DNA of 64,000 nucleotides from Rhizophagus irregularis (Eukaryota): NCBI RefSeq assembly GCF_026210795.1, contig NC_089435.1, positions 3,348,001 to 3,412,000 of the forward strand, read 5' to 3'. Shown piece by piece: positions 13,064 to 25,235 of this stretch (position 1 is its first letter; each line of letters starts with the position of its first letter). The notes under the pieces were generated by a model. It saw only the letters and a program-made list of their open reading frames with translations, ran no database searches and was not told where the DNA came from. The position numbers and the translations under genes were made by a program.

Positions 13064-13969
13064 CTTAAATATTTTATTTTATTTTATTTTATTTTTGTTA
13101 GAAAAGGATTGAATTAAAACAAAAGATCACGTTTAAAGGGGAGTTAGAATGTCATAAACGCTGATGTTTATATATATGTGTAATAGTCTATTTTTTTTCT
13201 TTTTGATAAAAAAAAAAAATTAAAACTAGACAATTTATGTTTTGTGTTTTGTACAGAGAATTTATTTTTTCATCAATTTAAATAAATTATAAAAATTTTG
13301 GATATACAAAAAAATCTTTATCTACAAAACATCAGAATCACATTGCATTTGTAGATTACAGTAATGCTATATTTAACCAATTTTGATAAAAATAACAATC
13401 AATAAAAAATTTTATGTATGATATCATATGATAAAGAAAGTTATATGAAAAATTAAATATAATTTTGTATGGTGCTTTATTGGTAATAATTTTCATAACG
13501 TTACGTTCGCTAATTTTAAAAAATTTCAAAATTTAAAAAAAAATTTTACTATTGTGATAATAGTTTAATAGGGAAAAATTTTATTCAAATAATTTATGTT
13601 CAAAAATTCACATTAATATTAAATATTAATTTAATTTATATAATGAAATAAATATAGTTTTCCGGAAGTAAAATCTTGCCATAATTCGTAATCTCGGTCG
13701 ATCTTTTAAGATCAAATTATGATAAACAAAATTAATACCCAGATTTATGCTGATTGACAAATAATTTCTAATATAATCATTATATAATTATAAATTAAGT
13801 AAATTCATAATGAAATTTTATACCTTATCGTTATTGAATAATCCAGTAAGAATTCAACTTTTTTAATGTTAACATTAAATTGGTTGTATGGTATCTATTC
13901 AAATATTATGCCTTTATAAGATTTTCCATTTAGAATGACGTGGCGCATGACGAATCTATGTATTTTCCA

Positions 13970-14070
13970 CGGATTTACTACAATCAGAATCCCGCTCACA
14001 ATCCCGACAAATCATAATCCCGAAACTTTAGAATCCCGTAACCTCCCGATATTCATTATCCCGAAACTAA
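13970..14070. repeat. Array of AATCCCG-type motifs at about 13-17 nt spacing; probable subterminal repeats of a DNA-transposon end
   Basis: Six near-copies: AATCCCGC, AATCCCGA, AATCCCGA, AATCCCGT, CTCCCGA, ATCCCGA. No partner end was found. Confidence 0.5.
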
Positions 14071-14250
14071 TTAAATTCAAAAAAATGATTTATTAATATC
14101 TTTAATCAGTATATTAAAAAATAAAAAAATTATTATATCTTTATAAGAAGCAAGTTCTTTTTTTTTAAAAAAAAAAATAATCAAAATAAATAAAATTTAC
14201 AAAAATTCATTAATTGTTACTTAATTTTTGCGATGTATTATTAAATATTA

Positions 14251-14965
14251 TCCCTTAAACTGCAGGTAAATTTGCCTGCAATTTTACCGAAAATTCAGTT
14301 CTCATCTAATTTTATGAAAAATGAAGTTATTCTAATAAAATTTTTTTTTGCAAAGAGCTTAAATCATATTTTATGTGACAATAATTATTATTTATTAATT
14401 TCATTTTATAAGATTAAAGATTAACTATTGGTCAAAAGTTGTATTTTTTAGATGACAAAAAATTTTGAAAAATTTTGCATTCAATTTTGACGATCTCATT
14501 GGAATTTGATTATGGCTATATTAAAGCTTAATAGAATATGTAGATTTTGATATGGGGAACAACATTTATTATTATGATTTTTAATGTTTAGATGTGGCAA
14601 TTTGACTTTACATAGAACCTAAAAAACGAATTATTTTTGTGAACTTGTAAAAAATGCATAAAGTTAAATTTTATCATCTCTATTTTGTTCATTGGGGCTT
14701 GAAGTTTCATAATAAAAATAAATAAGTATATTAAAATGCTTTGTAATGAAGCAGAATATTATGGTAAAGAAAATTAATTTATTATATAAAAATTCCGACG
14801 TTATTTTTTCGAAGTTAATTTGTGTCTAATTTTCCCACATATCGAATCCTAAGAATGTAGATCAATATAACTGCGGAATTATAGGATAATCCAAATCATA
14901 TTGACAAAGTTTGTGTTTTGATATAATTTATTTTGGCAAATTTGCCGGCATTACCGTTTAAGAGA
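14251..14965. mobile_element. Non-autonomous TIR DNA element (about 715 bp)
   Basis: Left end TCCCTTAAAC-----TGCAGGTAAATTTGCC versus the reverse complement of the right end TCTCTTAAACGGTAATGCCGGCAAATTTGCC. TA on both flanks; no ORF inside. Confidence 0.6.
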
Positions 14966-17597
14966 TAAACATTAAAAAAATTATTAATTTTTACAATAGA
15001 AATAATAGAAATTATAATTTTTGCGATATTTTAAAAATTTTTTATATTCACTTCAGGAATTAAAATTTCATTAATGAATTCATAAATAATGGATGCCATT
15101 ATAAAGGTTTTTAAGATCATATTAATAACGTGTATTTGATAGGTGTTCCAAAATAAAAATATTTAATTCATATAACTAGCCATTACTTTATCACCAGAAT
15201 CACGCCACGTTATACTAAGAGGGTATGACAGCAGAGAAATTATTATGAAAATTTTTTGATAAAAAAAATGCATAACACACGCAGTATATAATAAACGTCG
15301 TTATTACTTTAAATGTCCTTTTAAATTTAAATTCAATCTTTTGAAAATTTTTGAAATTTCCCAAATTTCCAAAAAATTTCCAAATTTTATTATATTCATT
15401 TTATTTTAACTAAACTCTTTTTCTCAGAAAATTCGGACATCAAACAATTAAATTGTGGTTATATTATTTATATATTTATCATATACTATTTACATATAAT
15501 TTAAACTAACTAAAATACTAATTATTTAATAATATAGTTCGAAAGTTATTTATTTACTTCTATTATTACATATTTATATAATATTTACATACAATTTAAA
15601 TTCTTTATTTAAAAAATTATTTGGTAATTTCTTTTAGCTGGTACGTTATAAGTTATTATTTAATTCTATTATTACATATTTATATTTCCTTGCTCATAGA
15701 AAATGCCTTTCTTCTGAGCAAAATTACATGATCCCAGTCAAGATTAATACATGTGACATTTAAAAAGGGTATTTTTTAATAATCCACGTGAACTAAGCCA
15801 CGGTGCTAATTACAAGGGCACCATGAACTTAAAGTAACTATGATAAAACCGTTGAGCCGTCGAAATAGATAGTGCCACCCTGGTGTAACATTTAAAAAGT
15901 CACATACTCACGTGATACAGGTTCAATAATTTTGTACTGCGGAGCCAAAATCATCTAATAATAATTCTCCCACAATTTATAGGGGGACAGGAATGACTTA
16001 TCATATCGAATCATGTAAGGTTTGCGATCATTTTTCACATATACACTGCAGGTGCAAAAGTCGTTCCCCGAGGGAATTTTTTTTGCTACCAACAGATATC
16101 TTGATAGGCTAAAATGTTTAATAATTTGTTAATTAATAAAACTATAAATTTTAAATAAAATAAATTTGGCATAAATTTTAATAATAATTCATTTAGACTT
16201 AGATCGTTGACAATTAAATTCAGGAATTCTTTAATGATACGAAACAGCAGAAAAATTTATGATATAAGTTAGTTCTTTTTATAGTGATTATTTAGTCTTT
16301 GACCATTTTGTATGTAATTTACTTTTACTTATCAATGATAAGTGTTACTTAGTTGAATATCAAAGAAAAATAGAAAAAGCGTAAATTTTAAAAACAAATA
16401 TACATCATGCTATTTGCTTTCAACAATATTATATGAACTAATTAAAAAAGAAAAGTTTTTTTGTTAAACCTAATAAATAATTAATAAGAAATTGACAAAG
16501 AACCCAACTGAATTTTTTATTCAATGAACTTAACATAAACTGCAAAATTTGAATTACAAATATATGGATAGATTTTGGTTCATAAGAAATTTTGTTTAAT
16601 ATCTAACTATCCTTTATAAGATTATGTAAATAAAACTAGACACTTTAGAGATTTCGATGTATGATTCTTATACCTTGACATTCGGAGTCCTGTCTTTGAG
16701 GTCACTGCTTGCATACCTTAAGGGGATGGCCCTGTCTTGGTAGTCACTCTACGACACCACTAAGGGTATGGTATAAAAAAAATGTTATACTTAGAACAGA
16801 TGTGTATAAAGTATAAACGTACTAATTATGCAAGAGAATTTGGAACTCTTTCCATCGATCAAATTCTCAGGACTAAAAAATAGACGGAGGAGTGCAAAAG
16901 TTCTATTATAAAGTTATTTTTCTGCATTTCTGACATCATCAACTGTTTATTCCTCCTTTAGGAACCGTTCGTTTGATATGGTTTTTTTCCATAAGTTATA
17001 AAGAATTTAGAGAATTTTTACCAAAAAATTGTTTCAGACCGGGTTTGAAAGAAAAATATATTTAAAAAGCTGGCGTGAGCATAGGTTTTTCTATAAACAA
17101 GTTTGGAAAGTGCAATACAGAGAAAGAACTGCAAAAATGACTTTTCTTTTGGGCTTTTTGTTTTGTTTTGTTATTCTTTACCTAGTCTCTTGTGGTCTTA
17201 AGTTCTCTCAAAATTTAGAATTTCCTCAAAACCTTAACGTGATACACAAGTATTTAACGTGAATAACTGTAAAGTCAATGACTGCACAAATTTAGTTTTA
17301 TAACTGCGACATATTTAATACGTCCTCTAACTCCCCCTGAATATGACCTTATTTTAAATACTAATAAATAAAAATAGAATTATCTTTGTTAACCAACATC
17401 TTTGTGCTTCATATTTTTACAATTTAGAGACTTTAGAGTTCGAGTTTACAAAGTATTGAATTATAACTTTTTATTACATAATGGTATGACCAGTCTTTCT
17501 TCGTCGGGGTTTTTGGTGATTTCAGCAGTAGGTGGCTTAAAAATGCTTGTTTGTTAATATTGTTTGATGTCGGAGGTATTTCAGTGATTTCAATCCG

Positions 17598-17693
17598 TGA
17601 CAGATTATCTACGGGCTAGATCACATCTCTAGTTATTATGAGATCAGATATTGTAATATCATTGACAGTTTATCTACGGGCTAGATCACATCT
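17598..17693. repeat. 31-bp direct repeat, two copies, 34 bp apart
   Basis: TGACAG[A/T]TTATCTACGGGCTAGATCACATCT at 17598-17628 and 17663-17693. Confidence 0.9.
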
Positions 17694-18436
17694 TTGACTT
17701 TATATGAGTAGTAATACAAACCAACATATTTTATTGATACGCAGTATATTATAAACATTATTATAAATTAATTAAATAAGTTTTATAACTGTATTTATAA
17801 GTAAATAAATTTGTTATACTGCTGCCTCTACAAATTTTTCCATATAACTTATGATTAATAAGTAATAGACTTTCAGTAAGCTTTTTTATTGCCCGAAATG
17901 TAAGCGTAGGACACTTCCAAACTGGGGAATATTAAATTCTGGAATCTTGTGTAAATATCAAAATGTCATTTTTTGTTATGTATATCACGCGTGTTTAATT
18001 TATTTAAGCCTTCAAGTACACAAGTTGAACTTATTTTTTCGGTAATGTATACATACGATAAAAACTTTATACTAAAACCATTGCCAAATTATATATCAAA
18101 AATAAATTTATTTTATTTTAATCAATAACAATAATCAAAGCTAGATGAAATTATTTAATAATATAGGGTATTAACTATATTATAAGCCACAATCATAACA
18201 TTATTAGTCATCATTAAGCTAATTCATATTACTAGTTTTGGTAGTTTTAGATTAAATATCTTTATAAATTAATTGATGCAATAAATGTGACTAATAGATG
18301 ATCTTGATTTTTTTTTATGAATCATAATAAGTTATCTATTTTATTATTAGTCATTATGTATTCAAGGGGTTTTTATAAATATATATATACCCTTAAACTT
18401 CCTCAAGGAAAAAATCAAAATTCAAATTTCAATACT

Positions 18437-18508
18437 ACTATTTTTCAAATATCAAACCAAACTATTTTTCAAATATCAAACCAAACTATTTTTCAAATAT
18501 CAAACCAA
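18437..18508. repeat. 24-bp perfect tandem repeat, three copies
   Basis: ACTATTTTTCAAATATCAAACCAA at 18437, 18461 and 18485. Confidence 0.95.
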
Positions 18509-18550
18509 ATTTTTCTTTCAAATTTTTAAATTTTTAAACTGTAATTCAAA

Positions 18551-19006
18551 ATGTCATATCACTTGTGCCCAAATATTATTGATACTATTTTAAAGGAAAT
18601 TCCCATCAACAAATGTTACAATCCTCCTCAACCTATTGAAACATCCCAATATTTACCATTGCTTGCTGGATTCTTCTACATTCTTTTTATCATTCTCCTC
18701 ATAAATACAAATATTCTCACCAACATAATTGTCCTAATTCTTCGTTTGTTAAAATTCGTGTGTGCTACAATTATTTTTCTCCCTTCTCTCCCCTCACATC
18801 TCTTTAATATATTTCATTCTTTTAAACATTTATTATTATCTATATTATTACCATTTCTTCTTTATCTATTATCTACATTATCATCAATTCTCCTTCATTT
18901 TCTTTACCTTCTTAATTGGATGATTTATATTTTCCTTTTTTCTTATTCTTTACTTTATAAAATTATCCATTTAGTAAATACTATTCTACTTTCAATCCCC
19001 CAGTAG
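18551..19006 (+). CDS. Hypothetical hydrophobic 151-aa ORF (possible small membrane protein, or spurious)
   Basis: ATG in good context (CAAAATGTCA) and several hydrophobic stretches. However, the T/C-biased composition could produce this by chance, and I recognise no family. Confidence 0.3.
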   Translation: MSYHLCPNIIDTILKEIPINKCYNPPQPIETSQYLPLLAGFFYILFIILLINTNILTNIIVLILRLLKFVCATIIFLPSLPSHLFNIFHSFKHLLLSILLPFLLYLLSTLSSILLHFLYLLNWMIYIFLFSYSLLYKIIHLVNTILLSIPQ

Positions 19007-19147
19007 TTTAGTCATCTTTTTCTTTCTTGTTTTTTCTCAATTCATATATTTTTCAAATTATCTTATATTATGTAGCTAGGTCCATTGCTTACCAAATATA
19101 GCATGGAGACATAATCTTTACCCTTTGGTCAACTTGGGATTACTTGG

Positions 19148-19361
19148 CCATTCTTAGATAGATAATTTTTACAAGGGGATCGTTTGCATCGCCCTTAATT
19201 GGTGTCAGAGAGATCCTTTGTCTTGTAAAAATTTACCCTCTCTTGATCATTTGACCATTCTTAGATAGATAAATTTTACAAGGGGATCATTTGCATCGCC
19301 CTTAATTGGTGTCAGAGAGATCCTTTGTCTTGTAAACATTTATCTTTCTTTGATCATTTGA
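19148..19361. repeat. 107-bp tandem duplication; each unit can fold into a long hairpin
   Basis: Units at 19148-19254 and 19255-19361. Each has TTTACAAG/CTTGTAAA and GGATC/GATCC inverted arms. Confidence 0.9.
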
Positions 19362-20767
19362 TCTATCTCATGTGATTTTCTTCTTCACATGTGATATCCT
19401 TTATTTCATTCCTTTGTTGAGTTCTTTCCTTAATAACTTATCAACTCAACAAAATCCATCACCGTTGGTTCCACAATTTCTGTGTCCAAGTTCAATTCTT
19501 GGAGGTGATTTTCTTTAGTTTATCTTCTTTTTTTTCAATTTTCTTTTTTCTTTTATAGGAGTTCCAGACGAAATTATAAACTAGACTTTAGGTACTAGAA
19601 ATATTTTATTATTTGTTTTTTTTTTTAGTAGTATTTTTAATATTACTTATTTTTCTTTTTCTTATAGGAATTACTGAGACGAACTGGACTCAACAATGAT
19701 GGTATTTTCAGTTTTTTCGTGTGGTAGTGTTAAGTGTTTGAAAATCTAATGACAGAGTTGAAAGTCCTGCCAACACTCCCGTCAATTATTATCCAATTAA
19801 AGCCACGGGAGAATACATAACGGATAGACAAGATAACTACGATATACATTATGTTGAGATTCTGCAACGATTTGGTAATAATAATTTGTTATCAGGTTCA
19901 AGAATATTTTCACTATCACATGGCAAGAATTTATCTTACTTGGTTAAATAGCTAAAATAAGTATTTTTATAATAATTGTATTGTAAAATTGTATTTTATT
20001 GATTTTTTGTTCATGTGAGCAGAATACTCTGGTTTAATTAATAATACAATATTTATTATTAATAAAATTTTTTCATAAGGATTTATATACTTATTAATGT
20101 CGACTATTTTGACGTTCAAATAAAAGAAAAGGTAAGCAAAACAGGTACAATCGGTGCCAATTTACCAAGAGTGAGTAATAAATTAAATTACTTTATATTT
20201 TATCCCTTTTGATATTAATGAAACATCCTTTTTTCTTTTTAGACTTGAATCTAGTTGTTGATGGTGAGAATAATCTAATTAAGGAAGTAAAACAAGTAAC
20301 AAGTAATTACTAAATTCGTCTAAAAATTCCTCTACAAGAAATTTTATTATTTGAATTTATTTCGAAATCTAAAATATTCTTTATCAAAACTTGAAATATA
20401 TCGAAGAAAAACCTAAAAGTCAACTAACGATCAATTTACAATTCTCTTTTTAATTGACAAAAATACTTAGGGTAATCCCTGGATTCAAGCATATATACGA
20501 GAAGGTGTTTATCTTCACGGTTACACTATGATGCAATCTGAAAAGTAAAAAAAAATAGGAAATGTACTATTTCAATGCACATTATCAAAAATTAAAAAAA
20601 TTCATGTAACATAGCATATTTTTTATTATACGCATTCGAAAATTTATCAACTACTTAAATTATATATGAATTCTATAAATTCGGAAAATGTTATATGTAT
20701 TTCTATCATTAATATATCATATGATAAAAAGATCATACGATTCTTGTACTTCCTTGTGAGTTTTAAT

Positions 20768-22089
20768 TTACTCCCCAAAATCGCATCTCCTTGTGATTTT
20801 TAAATCCCGAAATTGCACCTCCTTGTGATTTTTATTAATCCAATTTTTTGCTTTAAATAAATCCTGATTGCTTTTAAAATACAAGCGCAAGTTTTTGTTT
20901 TTTCTATTGAACCAACAAAATAAATCGATTTTAACAAACCAATTTATTACTTCATGATTATCAAATATATATCCATTACTGATATCAATAAATCGCATTG
21001 TATTTGTAAAGTCTGGTCCATAACCATATGAGAAGCATTTATAATAATCTTTTAAAAATCTAAAACTTGTATTCTTAATTAGATCTACTGCTATTCCCAT
21101 AGAAAGTAGACTTTGAATGCAGCTGTTACGCGATTTTTGTACAAAATTTAAACTTGAATGTACATGTATATCCTTAGGCCAAAACCAAATTTCAACCTTC
21201 CAATTGTTTTCTAGAGCTTCTTTTATTCCAGGGCATAGATTCTTATCACCTGATATCAAAATTAATGTGCCAGGACCATTCGTAATAACGGTTTTTGTTA
21301 TAGCACGTGTTATTTCTGTATCAACTTCCTTATCGTGATTTTCGGGATTTCTGTTAAAAACTTTTACTTCAAACCCATTTTTTTCTACAAACTCCCACAG
21401 TGAATCATACGACGGAGGATGTGAACCAACGAGGTATGGTCTTCCACCAACTTTGCGATTATCCAAAATTGTTTTCAGTAGTCTGCCATAGTCGATTCTT
21501 AATTCATCAAAGGAGGGGAGTCCTTCATCATCAACGCTACTCAAATTTTCAAGTCTAGCAATATTTTTTTTCCCTTGAACATAAAGGTTGGAATTATCCA
21601 CAAATAAGTGGACAAGTCCAGAGGGTCCCGTGATAAAAGTGCTGGCTATAGAAAAAGAGAAAGCAGAAGTTAGCCTCTAATATTAAATATGTGATGTTGA
21701 ATTGAGAGGCACTTACCAGTGGTAGCGGGAGGTGGTGGTTGTACGATGATGCGGATGTTCTTGGAGTTACCATACGCAAAAATGTCACCAAGATCCTTAA
21801 ATGGTGTTAACTTTTCTCCTCCAAGCTTTTGTATGATAGTATTTTCATCATTTATATCATGAGATCTGCTTTCAAGTGTTTTCAGTGTTTTTAGTTTATC
21901 ATTTTCTACATCGCCAGGAATATTCACCTTCCATAGATACAACTTGTTGGCATCAAAAGCTTTGCCTTTGAAATCGTTCTCGTTCTTCTCATAAATTTTT
22001 TCCCTGAGGTTTGAAAAGCTCATTTCTGTCTGGCCTTTAACTTCAAAGGCGCTCTCAATTTCGGTACCTACTACAAAACAAATGGCCAT
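20768..22089 (-). CDS. Crinkler (CRN)-family protein: ubiquitin-like N-terminal header + NYN/PIN-fold nuclease + small C-terminal alpha/beta domain
   Basis: Exon 22089-21717 carries the CRN header (ICFVVG..SAFEV..LREKI..DANKLYLWKVNI..IRIIVQPP). Intron 21716-21646 (GTAAGT..CTATAG) joins in frame to ..GLVHLFVDNSNLYVQG..IDYGRL..GSHPP..DKEVD..LISGDKNL..WKVEIWFW, which are NYN motifs. A probable 5'-UTR intron lies at about 22106-22184. Confidence 0.85.
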
Positions 22090-25000
22090 GATATCGGTGG
22101 TATATCTGCAAACGCGAAAATCGAGAGTTAAAAATAAGGTTCAAAAAGCTAATTTTTCAGTATAACACAAGCGAAAGTTTGTACCTGGGATGGCGAAAAT
22201 ACTCGAAATAACGAAGAATAGCTTGACGTTTTCATATATGTATGTTTCCATAAATGGTTGATGACTAACTGTAAGTCATTAATTCAAACTCTTTGACTTC
22301 CTTCTTGCTATATGTCACATGAGAGTGCGCCGATCAAAAAATAATATCTGAATTAGTTGTCGATCGGTATTTCGGACAAGACAAGGTCATGAATATTTCC
22401 TGTGCATTTGCATGTTTATTTAATGGAATTTGTTATACCACCAATAAAAAAAAGTAATGAAATAACCAAATTTCAAATGATAATTTAGAATTTTTAAAAA
22501 TTAGCACCTTTAACAAAATTACTTTTAAGATTGCATTCCAAAATGAGATGATCTTTTGAAATTACGCCATTTACACTTAACGAATTAGAGTGAAGACAAT
22601 CACATGCTTCAATTGATTAATAAGGTTATTTCCCAGTATTTATAATGATGAAAACATTTATAAGCTGTAGTATGTATTTATTTATACGAAAATAATAACA
22701 ATTAAGCTAATTAAAATATACAATTCAACTAGCTAAATAGGCATTAATTTTTTTCTATAACTTTTTTTGCTGGTTTTTTTTTCTTTTAAACCAATTTTTT
22801 TGGTTTTTGTTTAGATTCAGTGATAACTATATTGTCCGATTTGCGTCAAGTGACTTCAGGTTAAAATTAGTTAAATCCAAGAAATAAAATAGAATAAATA
22901 AAAAATATAAAAATGCAAAATCTGATAGTTGATTTTTAGTAAAGCTATATTTCACATAAATATCTTTTATCAAAAATGTTAGCAACGTATACGTAATTTA
23001 TCTAATAATTGAAAAATCCTTTCATACATATTCCATATTACTCAGGATACTGTTTGATAATGGTCGAATGTATCAGTTGCGGTGTCATAATCCGTTTCAG
23101 ATGGAGCGGGAGAACACGTCGTGTTGGGTGGTAGATGGACTAAACATATATGTAGTTCCTATAATGCAGATTTTTTAACTAATCACTGTTAAATCAGTAA
23201 TTTCGGGTATATTAAAACATCAGCTAAATGTTTAGATTATAGGTTTTTACGATGGAAATTATGCATAAATTTTTTTTAAAGGACGAGCTAACATTTTTCA
23301 AACATTTGTCTAAAGATATATAAAGCCTGTTCTTCGCATTAAATTTTTATTTTTTTCATTTTCTTTCCTATTGATTTTGAGCATGTATCTCACGTGCTCT
23401 TTTCAATTGTTTTGAGATAGTCATTTACCCTTTAAAAATCTAAAATCTTCAAAAGTTTGAGAAATCATACTTTATTAACTTTTAAATAATATTAAAAGAC
23501 ATAAACAAATTCACAATAGTTTGAAGAAAATGAAAATAGAACGCTTTTTTGAGAAAATATTTCCTATAAAAAAGTAGCAATAAACTTACTTTATACTTGT
23601 TGTGCTTCTTACTTACTTTCTTTTTAAGAAAAATCGCGTTATTTTATAAAAGAGGTGATGATTAAGAATACTTTTGCAGAATTTGTATGAGAAATGATGA
23701 GATTAACTTTAATAGCTCTGATAGCTTAATATGTCGATCTCGGAAAAAATAAATTTTTGTTTGATTCAATTAATCAATCTGCCACCCCAACGTCGTGTCA
23801 TTTCAAAAATTCTTTGTTACGTTCGTTAATGGCTACTTATTATAACGATAACGATAAAAATGAATAAATTATAAATTTCGAAAGATTCTAGATATTACTA
23901 ACTATATTTATTCAGAATGTCACTTTAGACTAACCTAGTCCAATTATAATAATTGAGCCATAATCTGAACTTACAGTAATATTGCAGATTCTGGCAATAA
24001 TAAAAATTTTATTACTATTATTGAAAATTACGTTTTTTTTTTACTTTTCAAAAACTAATTAGGACTAAATTAAAATAATTGTAACATATACTATTATATT
24101 AAATATGTATATGACGCCTTATATTCTCCATAAATTAAAGTCTTTTGATTTAGTACACACCATTTCGTAAAATCCATCATTTATCCTGTTGTTTTATTCT
24201 AATAATTATTTTTTCTTGTAACGTAAATTTTCAATAATAATTTAATAAAATAAATTATGTAATACTAATGAGTTTGTATACAATATTTTGTAATGTGAAA
24301 AGTATATGCATGAATGAGTTAAATAGTTTATATGTTTAACAGATAATAGAAGTAACTACGTTGTTCTTTCAAAATACTGATTTTTACAAATAAATTTAAT
24401 TTAGAAATGCTGAGGAGTTGCTAAGGTAGTCCTTCCCATAATATGCTGCAGTTCAGCAGTTGGCCTCAAATACCAAGAAAATACCTACTGTAGTAAATAC
24501 TAAATAATGAACTGTATACACGATTTACGATTTAATAAAATATTTATTTAATTAAAAGCAAGATTATTTTATACTTATTACGAATAATACATTTAAAATC
24601 AGCTCGATCAATTTCTATTATTATATAAATTCATGTATACTTAAACAAATACCCAATATTAAATAGTTATCGTTCTGACGTTTTTGATCATGCATTAATT
24701 AATAACATCATAAATAAGATATACTAACTAATCCACTTATTTCTTTACTCCACTTTATTATATCAATCTTGTGTTATTGCTATGCCTAATAAAAATATCG
24801 GTCTATGAAAATTTGCATGTTCCTATTGGGCTGAACGATAATCCACTTATTTTATATAACAAGCACTTTCGGAGTAATAATTTATAACCTATTTTGTAGA
24901 AAAAATCATGGCCACTGGCTTACTGTTAACAATGATAATAGTGCCGCTTCCATAATAGTCTAAATAGGCTATAATCTGATTGTTTTTTACTATGGACGGA

Positions 25001-25235
25001 GTTGTGTGAACTTCCAAATTTTGGAGGACTTTAAAATCAGACACAGGCTATTTTCAGTTTACATTAAAAATAAGAGCTATCAAAGGCTAAGTAGTCATTT
25101 CTGAAAATTTCGCTTAAATTTTTCGCGTTCTTAATTTTCGTTTACTGATTATTTTACTTCGTGTGCTGCGATTTTATTACAGGTCTTCCTTCCAAGTAAC
25201 AAATCGTGTAAATAAAAATAACTTTACTAATACAA

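Noticed and set aside
16044..16075. TA-CACTGCAGGTGCAAAAGTCG, Tc1-like terminus
   Set aside because: No matching opposite TIR or transposase found in the window.
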